From an uncultured Pirellulales bacterium (lineage in GTDB: Bacteria > Planctomycetota > Phycisphaerae > Sedimentisphaerales > Anaerobacaceae): DNA of 33,581 bases. Positions 18,895 through 27,698 of this stretch are shown piece by piece; position 1 is the first letter of the stretch, and the number at the start of each line of letters is the position of its first letter. The DNA is taken from NCBI GenBank assembly GCA_964634165.1, contig CAZWKM010000002.1:1-33581 (forward strand), read 5' to 3'. The notes below the pieces were generated by a model. The model made no database searches. It worked only from the letters and a program-made list of their open reading frames with translations, and was not told where the DNA came from. Made by a program: the position numbers and the translations under genes.

Positions 18895-19397
18895 TACTCA
18901 ACCTCGATTTCGTCTCGCGTAACCAGAATTGCTCCGTCTCGGCCATCAACCTCGACTTGGTATTTGACCGTGGAGCCGTCCGATTGCTGTCCCACGACCT
19001 TGCCCTTCAATATCTCATCACCTTGGAAGACTTCCACCTGCATCCCTGGGGTGATTTCCTCCTCGCCGATGTCCACCGTCTTTTCGACTTCATCCTTTGG
19101 TGACGGTTCCTCTGCTTCCGGCGCCGGCAAATCCGGTTTCTCCTCCTCCTGTTCATCCGCTGGTATTTCCGAAGACTCTTCATCTTCCGCTGGCTTCTCC
19201 GGTTTCTTTGACACATAGTCTTGGTAATCGAGCACCATCCCCGCCAAGCAAACGATAGTCAACCTGCCGTCCACCTTATCAACCAACCGCTTGATTCTGA
19301 AATACTGCTCGACAACACTGTCCGGCACTTTTTCAACGCCCAACATCCGGCAGAACATATCCTTGTGGACATCCGTCATTCTTTCTGACATTTCCAT
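18894..19397 (-). CDS. Hypothetical head-associated protein with acidic linker and C-terminal small beta-barrel (SH3/Tudor-like), 167 aa
   Basis: Track ORF. A GAGAGGTG Shine-Dalgarno-like sequence precedes ATG 19397. The central linker is EDEESSEIPADEQEEEKPDLPAPEAEEPSPKDE. The C-terminus is QVEVFQGDEILKGKVVGQQSDGSTVKYQVEVDG. Confidence 0.55.
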   Translation of the reverse strand: MEMSERMTDVHKDMFCRMLGVEKVPDSVVEQYFRIKRLVDKVDGRLTIVCLAGMVLDYQDYVSKKPEKPAEDEESSEIPADEQEEEKPDLPAPEAEEPSPKDEVEKTVDIGEEEITPGMQVEVFQGDEILKGKVVGQQSDGSTVKYQVEVDGRDGAILVTRDEIEVE

Positions 19398-19452
19398 AAT
19401 ACACCTCTCTGTAAAGGTTTTGCTGAAAAAAGCTCCACAGCAGAGCTTTTAT

Positions 19453-19677
19453 TTATGCAGCAGCTACAGTGACTAAGTTGAAGTCACAAGAAGTCAATGT
19501 CCCCTCGTTGACATACAACGCGTCACCGTCGCCGCCGTCCGTATGCTGAAACAGACAGCCAATTGCATACCCGGACTCCTCATCGGAGGGCACGGTCGGC
19601 CCCCACGCTCTGAGTATGCCGACACCGGGTACATATTCCGTCCTGTCTCGGCCAAACTTTACATCTCCACTTCCCAT
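19453..19677 (-). CDS. Small capsid-module protein, 74 aa
   Basis: Track ORF. AAAGGGAAA lies upstream of ATG 19677. It sits directly after the stem-loop that follows the 386-aa gene. Confidence 0.45.
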   Translation of the reverse strand: MGSGDVKFGRDRTEYVPGVGILRAWGPTVPSDEESGYAIGCLFQHTDGGDGDALYVNEGTLTSCDFNLVTVAAA

Positions 19678-19697
19678 TATATTTCCCTTTCGCTATT

Positions 19698-19732
19698 GTT
19701 GCGGAAGCCCGGCGAACCGGGACTTCCGCAAC
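19698..19732 (-). promoter_or_regulatory. Stable 15-bp RNA stem-loop with UUCG tetraloop (minus-strand transcript), downstream of the capsid genes
   Basis: The plus-strand sequence is GTTGCGGAAGCCCGG-CGAA-CCGGGACTTCCGCAAC, with one bulged A. On the minus transcript the loop is UUCG. There is no U-tract 3' of the stem on the minus strand, so it looks more like an attenuator or RNA-stability element than a canonical intrinsic terminator. Confidence 0.5.
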
Positions 19733-19753
19733 AAAACCCAAGCCGATTTCAAT

Positions 19754-20905
19754 TTATGCTAACGCAACGCCCGTGTCGGACACTCCGGTAACCTGCCAGC
19801 ACCCAGTAGATGCCGGACCAAACTGATGCCATACCATAGTTGCCCACTCGCCAGCGGTGCACATCTCGATTGTCGAGAGAAGCCCTCCAGCTATTGCGGC
19901 CCCGGACAGCGTATAACCACTGGTGATGTCCCACAGCATCTCTTTTGTGGTCAACCCGCCGAGCATATAGAAGCCTTTTCGCTGTCCATCCACCGTGCCG
20001 TCCGCAACAACCGCATCATCATCGGCTGCCATTGTGAGGCCGCCGAGGACAATCGATGTGCCTGATGTCATAGGACTGTCTGTAGCTGCTGTCTCCGGCA
20101 GGAAGTAGTCGCAAAGACCGGATTCCTCACCGTCGCAAAGATATGCCAGCTTGAGCAGGTCTTTCTTCACGAGACTTATTGTCAATGCACCGTCTCCCGT
20201 ATCGCCTACGACAGTGTATGTGGTCGCTCCCGTTGCCTGATACACGGGATAAATGCCGGAAGGACATCTCTCCGTCGTGGAATCAGCAGCAGTAGCGCCG
20301 CCCCAGACGATTGCTTCGTAGCCGCTTGCGTCAACCGCTTCATCGACATAGCCGAGGTCTGTACCAGGTGTACCTGCCGCGCCCGTAATAGTGGTAAGCC
20401 CTGTCCCAGAGTCATAAACCGATGTTCCCACACCGGTTAATTCCTGGTCGGCAATATCACCTGCTGCCGCTGGCGTTACCGTTTCCAACGGAATTGCCGA
20501 ACCCCTGCCTTTGAATCCGCCATATCCGAAAACGCCGGCAATGCCAGTACCAACAGCGCAGGTTATTAAACCTGTATTGATGGTAGAAGCTACCTTCTGA
20601 GCGACCATCGCGCAACCACCCGGAAGAGCAAGCTCCACCAACTGATAGCCGGACGCTCTGGCCGGATAGTCCTGAGTCAAAACGCCTGCGAAGGCGCTGT
20701 TGTTGGTAAGACTGGGTTTCTCGACCGTCTTGAGGCCGCGAGCACCGAATGGGTCGGTAGCCTTCTCGCCTGTTTCGGTAGTCAGATAGTCCAGGTCAAA
20801 GCACATACCGTAACCCTTTTTTAGGGCCGTCGTGCCGCGATAGACGAACAGTGCCTTGCGAGCGTAAGCCTGCTTCATATACTGTGTCAAGTTTGTCATA
20901 CTCAT
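19754..20905 (-). CDS. Capsid-associated structural protein (decoration/cement or second shell protein candidate), ~383 aa
   Basis: Track ORF 19754..20914 starts at a GTG. ATG 20905 (MSMTNLTQY…) has GGAG 8 nt upstream. The sequence is Gly/Thr/Ala-rich and beta-type. The gene lies immediately after the putative major capsid gene and before the stem-loop. Confidence 0.45.
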   Translation of the reverse strand: MSMTNLTQYMKQAYARKALFVYRGTTALKKGYGMCFDLDYLTTETGEKATDPFGARGLKTVEKPSLTNNSAFAGVLTQDYPARASGYQLVELALPGGCAMVAQKVASTINTGLITCAVGTGIAGVFGYGGFKGRGSAIPLETVTPAAAGDIADQELTGVGTSVYDSGTGLTTITGAAGTPGTDLGYVDEAVDASGYEAIVWGGATAADSTTERCPSGIYPVYQATGATTYTVVGDTGDGALTISLVKKDLLKLAYLCDGEESGLCDYFLPETAATDSPMTSGTSIVLGGLTMAADDDAVVADGTVDGQRKGFYMLGGLTTKEMLWDITSGYTLSGAAIAGGLLSTIEMCTAGEWATMVWHQFGPASTGCWQVTGVSDTGVALA

Positions 20906-20948
20906 GATTTTCACTCCATTTCTTTTAGGTATTTTCCTAAAACTTCAG

Positions 20949-22010
20949 TTACTTACTGATGACCCAGTTGTTGCGCCGGTTCGAGCATATCGTCTGGTGT
21001 TTGTGGTCGAGATGTGCAACGAACACTCTATGCTGATTCGGTGCTTTGGCGAAATCGCCGAGTCGCATATTGTCGCCCTGCTTGGTGAGAGCGTGGAAAG
21101 TCATCATATCCAAGCCGTATACCGGGTCGCTCGTGTCACTGTCAAGCGATTCGGCATAGATGATTGGCTTTCTCTTGAAGACAATCTCGCCATCCGAATC
21201 TCTTTTCAAGCCCGTACCCGCCGTGTAAGGTGCAAGGTCTCTGCCGAGATTCTCATTCTGGGCCTCGCCGATGTTCTCGAAGCCTTCGAGAGTATCCTCA
21301 TTGCAGAGAATGATACGCCTGTCGCTTGAATCGCCCTCGAACTGCTTCATTTTCTTCGGAGACTTCCACTGGGTTCTCCGGTGCGCCCGGCGCATCTTCG
21401 TGATGAGGTCGGCCTTGCTGATGGCGGCGTAAGTGTCGGTGTAGTTCTTGAACTGCGGCACATTCGTCAAGTTGATATTGGCGATTCTGGTGAACCCTAT
21501 TGGATACCCGCCGTAGTGGCCTGTCTGCGCGTTCTTCACAATCCAGTATTTCAGGCCCCAAGGTGACAAGTCGTCCTCGGCGTTCGGAAGCTCAAAGAAC
21601 TTCTCTTCCATCGTCTCTGCCATACGAAGATACATTGCTCTTCGCCGTGGCAGGATGACATTGTTGATGCGCTCTTCCCCCCTGTTATCCAGAATCTCCG
21701 ACCTTGTATAGGCCAAAGAATCCGTACAGAGAGTGAAAAACAGTCTCATCTTCTTCAGGTGGTCAATGACCACAATGACGTCTTCATCATATTCGCCGAC
21801 GAAACGCGAACGTCCCCCGTGCTCGACCATCAGAGTCTCTTCAATCCCAACACCGCCTTTTTTGACGAGCAACCCGCCTCGCTGCGTCAGGAAATAAGGG
21901 ACAACGATGTAGTCGTGCAATTCCTGCGAAAGGTCTATAAACTTTCCGCGAGGAATGGTGTTGTAGGTAGTCGTCAGCAAATCACTTATGTCTTTGTCTG
22001 TGATTGGCAT
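20949..22010 (-). CDS. Major capsid protein candidate (HK97-fold, lambda-E-like impression), 353 aa
   Basis: Track ORF. It directly follows the scaffold gene, and its size is typical. The segment …LPRRRAMYLRMAETMEEKFF… is reminiscent of lambda gpE …YRRRRIIMQNMRDEE…. This similarity is from memory and was not aligned. Confidence 0.6.
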   Translation of the reverse strand: MPITDKDISDLLTTTYNTIPRGKFIDLSQELHDYIVVPYFLTQRGGLLVKKGGVGIEETLMVEHGGRSRFVGEYDEDVIVVIDHLKKMRLFFTLCTDSLAYTRSEILDNRGEERINNVILPRRRAMYLRMAETMEEKFFELPNAEDDLSPWGLKYWIVKNAQTGHYGGYPIGFTRIANINLTNVPQFKNYTDTYAAISKADLITKMRRAHRRTQWKSPKKMKQFEGDSSDRRIILCNEDTLEGFENIGEAQNENLGRDLAPYTAGTGLKRDSDGEIVFKRKPIIYAESLDSDTSDPVYGLDMMTFHALTKQGDNMRLGDFAKAPNQHRVFVAHLDHKHQTICSNRRNNWVISK

Positions 22011-22045
22011 AATTCTTTCCTTTCTTTCTATAGAACAGAAAGGCT

Positions 22046-23098
22046 TTACTTATCAATCTTTGCGTCAAAGTCTTTTTGAGCCTGTAATGCCTTATCTGTT
22101 CCTGCTGAAGCAGAGCCGCGAGAACCTCGACCGACAGTTTGCGAAGCTCGCTGTTTGAGCTTTGCTGCGGTCTCGGCGTTCGCCGCCCGCTTCACTTCGT
22201 CACCAAAAGTGTTATTTATTGCTCTCTCAAAGACCTTCTTCTTCGAAGGCAGCGCTTTGCCGGTTTTCTGATAACCGGCTACGATGGCAGCCATCTCACT
22301 ATCAACTGCGGCCCTGTTTTTGAACTGCTTGCTATCCTTTGAAATGTCTCCAAATTTGCCTTTGCCGAGGACGTCTTTGAATTCCTCACCCAATCCATTG
22401 AACTGGTCGTCAAGCCAAGAAGTATGTTCTCCGATGCTTCTTTCCTCGCTGTCTTTTTGAAAAGCGAGCTTGTCGGCTTCGAGTTTGTTTATTCTCGATA
22501 CCAACGAATTGCCCATCTTGTTGATAGAATCTACGAGGGCATCATCGTACTCATCCTTGGATAATCCGCAGTCGAAAGGTTTTTCTCCGCCGGTTTCTTT
22601 ATCGCCCGCAGCATCCTTTTTGTCCGCAGTGTCTCCTGGTTCTGTGGATTGAGCCGCCTCGAAAATGCCCAGGGCCGCTTCGAGGTCTTTGGGGTCACTG
22701 AAGGACTTGGCCTGCGCTAATGTCAGACCAGCCTTCGCAGCACGCTCAAGAAGGTTCGTATCAAAGACTTTGTCATCTTCCTGAGTGCCTTTTTCGCCGG
22801 CTTTCTCTTCGGCTTCTTTTTCGGCCTTCTCTTTAGCTTCGGCGGCCTTTGCATCTTGTTCAGCTTTCGCCTTAGCTTCGATTTCGGCCTTTTCATCGGC
22901 GGTATCTGTTTCTTCGCCGTTAGGTTCTTCCTCGACTTTCTTGTCGAATTCGCTATTCGCATCGAGCACCTGCTGCGAAATCTGAGGTTCTTGTTGCTCT
23001 TTCTGTTCGACCTCCTTCTGTTTCTGGTCGGTTGTCTGCTCAGTCTGCTTTTGGGTCTCGGTTTTTTCGTCCGGTTCGGTTTTTGTTTCAGTTGTCAT
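22046..23098 (-). CDS. Scaffolding protein, 350 aa
   Basis: Track ORF. The sequence is highly charged Glu/Lys/Ala/Gln-rich helical low complexity (…KAEIEAKAKAEQDAKAAEAKEKAEKEAEEKAGEK…). It is located between the portal and capsid genes. Confidence 0.7.
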   Translation of the reverse strand: MTTETKTEPDEKTETQKQTEQTTDQKQKEVEQKEQQEPQISQQVLDANSEFDKKVEEEPNGEETDTADEKAEIEAKAKAEQDAKAAEAKEKAEKEAEEKAGEKGTQEDDKVFDTNLLERAAKAGLTLAQAKSFSDPKDLEAALGIFEAAQSTEPGDTADKKDAAGDKETGGEKPFDCGLSKDEYDDALVDSINKMGNSLVSRINKLEADKLAFQKDSEERSIGEHTSWLDDQFNGLGEEFKDVLGKGKFGDISKDSKQFKNRAAVDSEMAAIVAGYQKTGKALPSKKKVFERAINNTFGDEVKRAANAETAAKLKQRASQTVGRGSRGSASAGTDKALQAQKDFDAKIDK

Positions 23099-23123
23099 TT
23101 TGGTACTCCTTTAGGTTTTGTTG

Positions 23124-23489
23124 TTATCGATTTGCAGGAACAGGGTCACTGTATCCTGCGCTCCGGTCGTAAAGGCCGTGTGCTTCACAGTATTTCCTGC
23201 GATGTTTCGCGCTGGTAAAAACAGGGTCGCCGTCCGGCGTATAGTCTGTTGGCACGTTATGCTCCCGGTCGAACTTTCTGGATTCGGGTATTTCCTCCGG
23301 GGCAATACCGGCTGCGTAAGAAGCCATCGGCCAAGTATCGCAGCGATGCCTGCCTCCCATCTCCGCCTGATAATCTCTCTGCATAACAAAGCCGTCTATG
23401 TCGCACAATTCGGGCCGTTTGTATTCGGACATCGGCTTAGAGACTTCCTTTTTCGCTCCACAGGATGGACATTTATAACAATAAATCAT
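23124..23489 (-). CDS. Zinc-ribbon protein (FmdB-like CxxC N-terminus), 121 aa
   Basis: Track ORF. The N-terminus is MIYCYKCPSCGAKKEVSKPMSEYKRPELCDIDG. Confidence 0.55.
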   Translation of the reverse strand: MIYCYKCPSCGAKKEVSKPMSEYKRPELCDIDGFVMQRDYQAEMGGRHRCDTWPMASYAAGIAPEEIPESRKFDREHNVPTDYTPDGDPVFTSAKHRRKYCEAHGLYDRSAGYSDPVPANR

Positions 23490-23493
23490 CTTC

Positions 23494-23691
23494 TTATCTC
23501 ACATACTGAAGTAGCCAACCGATAATCAATGTCAGTATGGCGAAAATAACCGTGGCATAGTTTGGTAACCGGCTGCGGATTTTCTCCATAAGCTCAAAAA
23601 TGGTTACAATGTCCTCTTTGTTCCTTTTGGTGCTTTCCGTGTTCGCTTTCATTTGCACCATACAGTCGGTATGTTCCTTGCAATGTTCCAT
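23494..23691 (-). CDS. Small membrane protein with C-terminal transmembrane helix (XhlA/holin-like?), 65 aa
   Basis: Track ORF. It has a charged N-terminal half followed by YATVIFAILTLIIGWLLQYV. Confidence 0.4.
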   Translation of the reverse strand: MEHCKEHTDCMVQMKANTESTKRNKEDIVTIFELMEKIRSRLPNYATVIFAILTLIIGWLLQYVR

Positions 23692-23697
23692 AATTCT

Positions 23698-25509
23698 TTA
23701 TCCCGTAGCTCTCATAAGAGAAGACATTTCGCTGTTTTGCGGCTTGCCGCCGAACAGGGCCTGTTGGAGTATTTGCGATTTTCCCTGATTCGTTGCGCCC
23801 GGCCTGTTTACTCTTTCATATCTCCGCGTAGTGACGGGAGCTTTCTGTGGCATCTGTCCGACAGGTTGTCCCTCACGCGAGGAATCGGCGTAGATGAGGA
23901 TGTCGTTGAGTTCCGGCAGGTTCCCCAACTTGGCTATGTTTCGGAAAAGGGCTTCCATGTCGATTGTCACGCCCTGCGCCTGCATTAAAGGAATTAAAGG
24001 TGTAACAAATTCGGCAAAAACAGTTCTAAGTCCCAGCAGCTTGGACTCCGGTGTCTGGTGTTGCATCGAGTAGGGTTCAATCAGGATGTTGTACTGAAGG
24101 AAATCGTCCTCCCTTTGCTCCGGCCCAAACGGCACTGTTATCACAACGTCCTCGTATCCCTTGACGCGCTTCGTTACGGGTAGGTTTATGTAGGGGTCGT
24201 TCCACAAGTAACTCGAAAGGTCTTCTACCACTCCCTGGGTAAAACTGAATGTTTCCTTCTGCATCTTCTGTATTCGCATCGATGCTGAAGCACTGAGGAG
24301 CCTGTCCTGGCCCAATGTCTCCGATTGCGGGCCTAACCCGCCGAGCATATCGAGATTGCCGGCCATATAGCTGAACAGGTCTTTAACTCCGAGGAAAAAG
24401 GCCAGAGTCTCCTGCGATATTCCCCCATAGCGATGTTCCTGGGCGGAAGCAGGGTTGTCCATAGAGACAGCTTCGCCGTCATTGGCGTCAATGACATGCC
24501 TGCCGTCTTTGCCGCTGCCCGTTTGAACGCCGAGGATTGTTTTTTCCCGCTCTGCCTGCCTGCCAAGTTTTCTGAAAAGTGCATTGGTGAGTTCGTGAAG
24601 GTCTTGCCAGAGCATAGCCGGGGCAAGCGGCATTGTGTTGTTCTCGATTTTGGAAAATCCGAGTTCGTGATACGGGCCTCGCTCCGGGCCGGCCCACTCG
24701 ATTATATTCAACACGTCCCCGATAGGGTCGGTGTCGTCGTCAGAAGCCTGACATTGTAGAATTAGCTTTTGCTTAGGTAGCCACAGGTCGAGACACCGTA
24801 TCGTTGCTCGGAATTCTTGTCTTTGGGTTGCCTGCCCCTCTGAAACACTATGGTCTTTTTCGATAGGAGGCTGTTCGTCTTGCGGAATCAGTTTATTGTG
24901 CACTTTTTCGGGGAATATCTGGAGTGCTTCATCTATGGTAGGATAATAGAAATTGCCTTTATACTGGGCATTCTCCATCTTGTCCACCGTCATATCGTGT
25001 ACCCAGTCATCCAGTGATATGTGGTCGGCAAACGGCTGTCCGCTGTCGTGGAGTACCCCTCCCACTTCGACTTGCGTCCGATTCAGGCCAACCTTGACTG
25101 TTCCCATCGAGAACATCGCACCAATCACTGCTAGTTCAAGTGTACCCCCGAGGTCTATTTCCTGAATTAGGTGATTGACTGCCAGTTCAAAGCGATTGCT
25201 TATTTCTTTGAGTTTTTTGTACTTGGTGGTGACAGATACTGCTGGGGCTTTGGCGACAAGACGCTGCAAATAGATATTCATCGCCAATTCGATGAGGTCA
25301 ACCGGGACTTTGTCGCTTGCTCCGTTTGAGTAATGACTTCCTACGTATTGGCGAATCAGTTGCATCCGGTTACCGCGGAAGGTCTTTAGAACCTTCCTGC
25401 TGTAGCCAACCGCCTTGGAAAGCTGAGCAACGTTTTGTGCGTTTTTTGGATTAAAACCCATCTTTTCCGCCGGTGGGCAAAAGAAATAGACAAGCCAGTG
25501 AGTCAGCAC
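23698..25509 (-). CDS. Portal protein, ~587-603 aa
   Basis: Track ORF with a GTG start at 25509; ATG 25461 (MGFNPKNAQN…) is the alternative start. The size and its position just downstream of the large terminase and upstream of the scaffold are typical of portals. Confidence 0.7.
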   Translation of the reverse strand: MLTHWLVYFFCPPAEKMGFNPKNAQNVAQLSKAVGYSRKVLKTFRGNRMQLIRQYVGSHYSNGASDKVPVDLIELAMNIYLQRLVAKAPAVSVTTKYKKLKEISNRFELAVNHLIQEIDLGGTLELAVIGAMFSMGTVKVGLNRTQVEVGGVLHDSGQPFADHISLDDWVHDMTVDKMENAQYKGNFYYPTIDEALQIFPEKVHNKLIPQDEQPPIEKDHSVSEGQATQRQEFRATIRCLDLWLPKQKLILQCQASDDDTDPIGDVLNIIEWAGPERGPYHELGFSKIENNTMPLAPAMLWQDLHELTNALFRKLGRQAEREKTILGVQTGSGKDGRHVIDANDGEAVSMDNPASAQEHRYGGISQETLAFFLGVKDLFSYMAGNLDMLGGLGPQSETLGQDRLLSASASMRIQKMQKETFSFTQGVVEDLSSYLWNDPYINLPVTKRVKGYEDVVITVPFGPEQREDDFLQYNILIEPYSMQHQTPESKLLGLRTVFAEFVTPLIPLMQAQGVTIDMEALFRNIAKLGNLPELNDILIYADSSREGQPVGQMPQKAPVTTRRYERVNRPGATNQGKSQILQQALFGGKPQNSEMSSLMRATG

Positions 25510-25636
25510 TGACTTGCCTATTCTTTTCTTACGTTGACGTCAGACCAGCCAAAGTCCTTGGTCAAGCCCAGTTTTAACAAAGAACAATTAACGAAAGTCT
25601 CATCGGCTTTTTCCGAAACCTTCCATACCGAAACTG

Positions 25637-25798
25637 TCAGCCATCTTTTTGCGCATCATCCAAACCATCGTTCACCTCCAGCAATTCTTTCTTCAATCGG
25701 CTAATCGTTTTCTCCATATCGTTCAGGTTGCCCATAGCTATAAGTATCTGCCGATGCAACTCCTGAATCCTTTCCGTGTCTGTTTGCTCAATACACAT
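25637..25798 (-). CDS. Small coiled-coil protein, 53 aa
   Basis: Track ORF 25637..25858 overlaps the end of terL. ATG 25798 lies 5 nt after the terL TGA and gives MCIEQTDTERIQELHRQILIAMGNLNDMEKTISRLKKELLEV…. Confidence 0.4.
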   Translation of the reverse strand: MCIEQTDTERIQELHRQILIAMGNLNDMEKTISRLKKELLEVNDGLDDAQKDG

Positions 25799-25802
25799 TT
25801 TT

Positions 25803-27698
25803 TCACCACAATTTTGTCTCCTTGAGCTTTTGTTCGTATTCTCTACGTCGAGCGGCATAGCAATTTTCGGGTACCGTTTCGCTCACTTCGGGTTGGATAT
25901 TGCCCAAAAGCTCAAGGGCTTTATTCGCAAGCGCATCGGCAATTACTCTGTCCCCGTGATTGTCCCCTGCCCCGGATGGGTCAACTGAGTTTGCCGCCGC
26001 GCTGTGTTCGATACTATTGCGAGTCGTGAAGATATAAGAAAGACATTCCTGATTAGCTTCGCTACTGCGCTGAATGAACGTCCTTCCTTTCAATGCCCGG
26101 CGATACGCTCCCAAAACGGATTTCTTCTCCTCTGTATTGAGAAAACAGCCCGGTATGTCGGATACTTTTTTGGCAAGCGTCTTTTCGTTGCGGCGATAGT
26201 AGATATTCCTATAACCCAATTTGATTACCGTGTCTCCGAAGATTCTACCCATCCCGGCTCCGTCCCAAATCATATATGCACTATTGAAATACTTGCACAA
26301 AGCAATGCACAGTTTTGCATATGCCTCTGGCATTATCCACGGGTTGGCGTACTCTGCTATCTTCTCTCCCGTCTTCAGATTGACAAACGTGGCAGCCGAG
26401 TTGCTTGCGCCCGTGCCGGCAGAAATGTCTGCACCGCACCCGACCGACAAGTCCTCTGGAAAATGACCATAAGCATCTGGATTTATCCATAATCTCAAAT
26501 GGCCGTTCTCGCCCGACACAAAATCTAACGGGTCAAGCGTGTCTTCATCGTATTCGAGAACTCCCTCTGAGTAGGGCGGCCTCACGTTTTCCTTCTCGAT
26601 TGCCTGAATCATATCCCCGTCAAAATACTGAAAGTCCGAGGCGAACGGGTCCATATCAAGCTCTTGCGCTATCTCCATCGGGTGAACCGCTCGGTCACAT
26701 TCGTTATCGTACCAGGGCGAACGCAACTTGCCGTCAAGTCTGAACGGGTACTCTTCCGGAAACACATAGCGAATCCCATTGACGACTACCGTCCCCTTGA
26801 AGTCCTTGTCGTGAATGACAAGTTTGTTCTCCCGGGAATAGTACAACCCTCTCGATTTGAGCGGGTGCAGCGACCAATGCAGTACCAACTTGCGAATCTT
26901 GCCTAAGCTCAACCGATAAAAGGCCGTCCCCGCCCCCTGGTGAGTCGAGTTAAACAGACGGCAGTGGGTCACGTCTCGCGTAGCCCGCAGCATACCGTCG
27001 CCGTCAGGAACCGCCGCAAATTCGTCCGGCAACATCGCAGTACAACGACCGCCTCTGGCCGCATCGCTGGTCGTTGTACATCCGCCAATAGTCGAACCGT
27101 TATCCAAATTGACCAAATTCAAGTGTACTTTGTTGTATCGAGGCTGCAAAAACTTCGGCAAGTGCTCTATCAAAAACATCGCCTTCCAAAACAACGCATC
27201 CGGGTCATCACTCTTGTCAACCAGATTTTCATTACGAGAAATCATCCTGAATGCTGTGTATGGGCGAAAAAGCCAGAACCAAACGAACACCGAAAGGTAC
27301 ATCCACGAGGCCCCCATATCCCTTGACTTCTCCGTCAACTCATCGAAACCAATCTCTATTGCGTCTCGTATCTCGTCAAAAGACACGTCCTGATACAGGT
27401 AAGTGATGAAGGGGATAACAGTCGATGCCGGCGTGAGTCGTGGGTCATACGTCATCGCAAACGTATTGATGAAAAACAAAAGGTCTCGCGAGCACATCCT
27501 CCATAATTGCTCCTGAACCTCTTTGTTGCCCGCCGCCTCGCGAATACATTTCGACCTGAACCTGATATTGCCCGCAAGCGTCTTATACCCCGGCCACTCT
27601 CGGCAGCAACGGTCATAAAACGGATACCGGCTCCGCAGCTTCTTCGCTCTGGTCGAGTATTCGGTCAAGCAAGTCAAGATTTGCTCTACCGTCATCAT
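25803..27698 (-). CDS. terL: Terminase large subunit, 631 aa
   Basis: Track ORF. It has a Walker-A-like LTEKSRDMGASW and a Walker B TAMLPDEFAAV. The length and its position before the portal fit a large terminase. Confidence 0.88.
   Translation of the reverse strand: MMTVEQILTCLTEYSTRAKKLRSRYPFYDRCCREWPGYKTLAGNIRFRSKCIREAAGNKEVQEQLWRMCSRDLLFFINTFAMTYDPRLTPASTVIPFITYLYQDVSFDEIRDAIEIGFDELTEKSRDMGASWMYLSVFVWFWLFRPYTAFRMISRNENLVDKSDDPDALFWKAMFLIEHLPKFLQPRYNKVHLNLVNLDNGSTIGGCTTTSDAARGGRCTAMLPDEFAAVPDGDGMLRATRDVTHCRLFNSTHQGAGTAFYRLSLGKIRKLVLHWSLHPLKSRGLYYSRENKLVIHDKDFKGTVVVNGIRYVFPEEYPFRLDGKLRSPWYDNECDRAVHPMEIAQELDMDPFASDFQYFDGDMIQAIEKENVRPPYSEGVLEYDEDTLDPLDFVSGENGHLRLWINPDAYGHFPEDLSVGCGADISAGTGASNSAATFVNLKTGEKIAEYANPWIMPEAYAKLCIALCKYFNSAYMIWDGAGMGRIFGDTVIKLGYRNIYYRRNEKTLAKKVSDIPGCFLNTEEKKSVLGAYRRALKGRTFIQRSSEANQECLSYIFTTRNSIEHSAAANSVDPSGAGDNHGDRVIADALANKALELLGNIQPEVSETVPENCYAARRREYEQKLKETKLW

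Noticed and set aside
19007-22962. Lys/Arg-rich minus or antisense track ORFs overlapping acidic genes (19007..19216, 22723..22962, 22856..23218 and similar).
   Set aside because: They are frame-shifted images of GAA/GAG-rich coding sequence in the 167-aa acidic-linker protein and the scaffold, and have no independent start signals.
25533-25540. TGACGTCA palindrome in the 127-bp gap upstream of the portal gene.
   Set aside because: An isolated 8-bp palindrome is expected by chance at this sequence length. There is no partner site or adjacent promoter elements.
27613-27698. The 86-nt overlap between the terS candidate and terL, as a possible recoding or frameshift site.
   Set aside because: Both frames read as plausible protein, and there is no slippery heptamer at the junction. 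Long terS/terL overlaps occur naturally. The next alternative terL start (Met68) would delete conserved N-terminal sequence.
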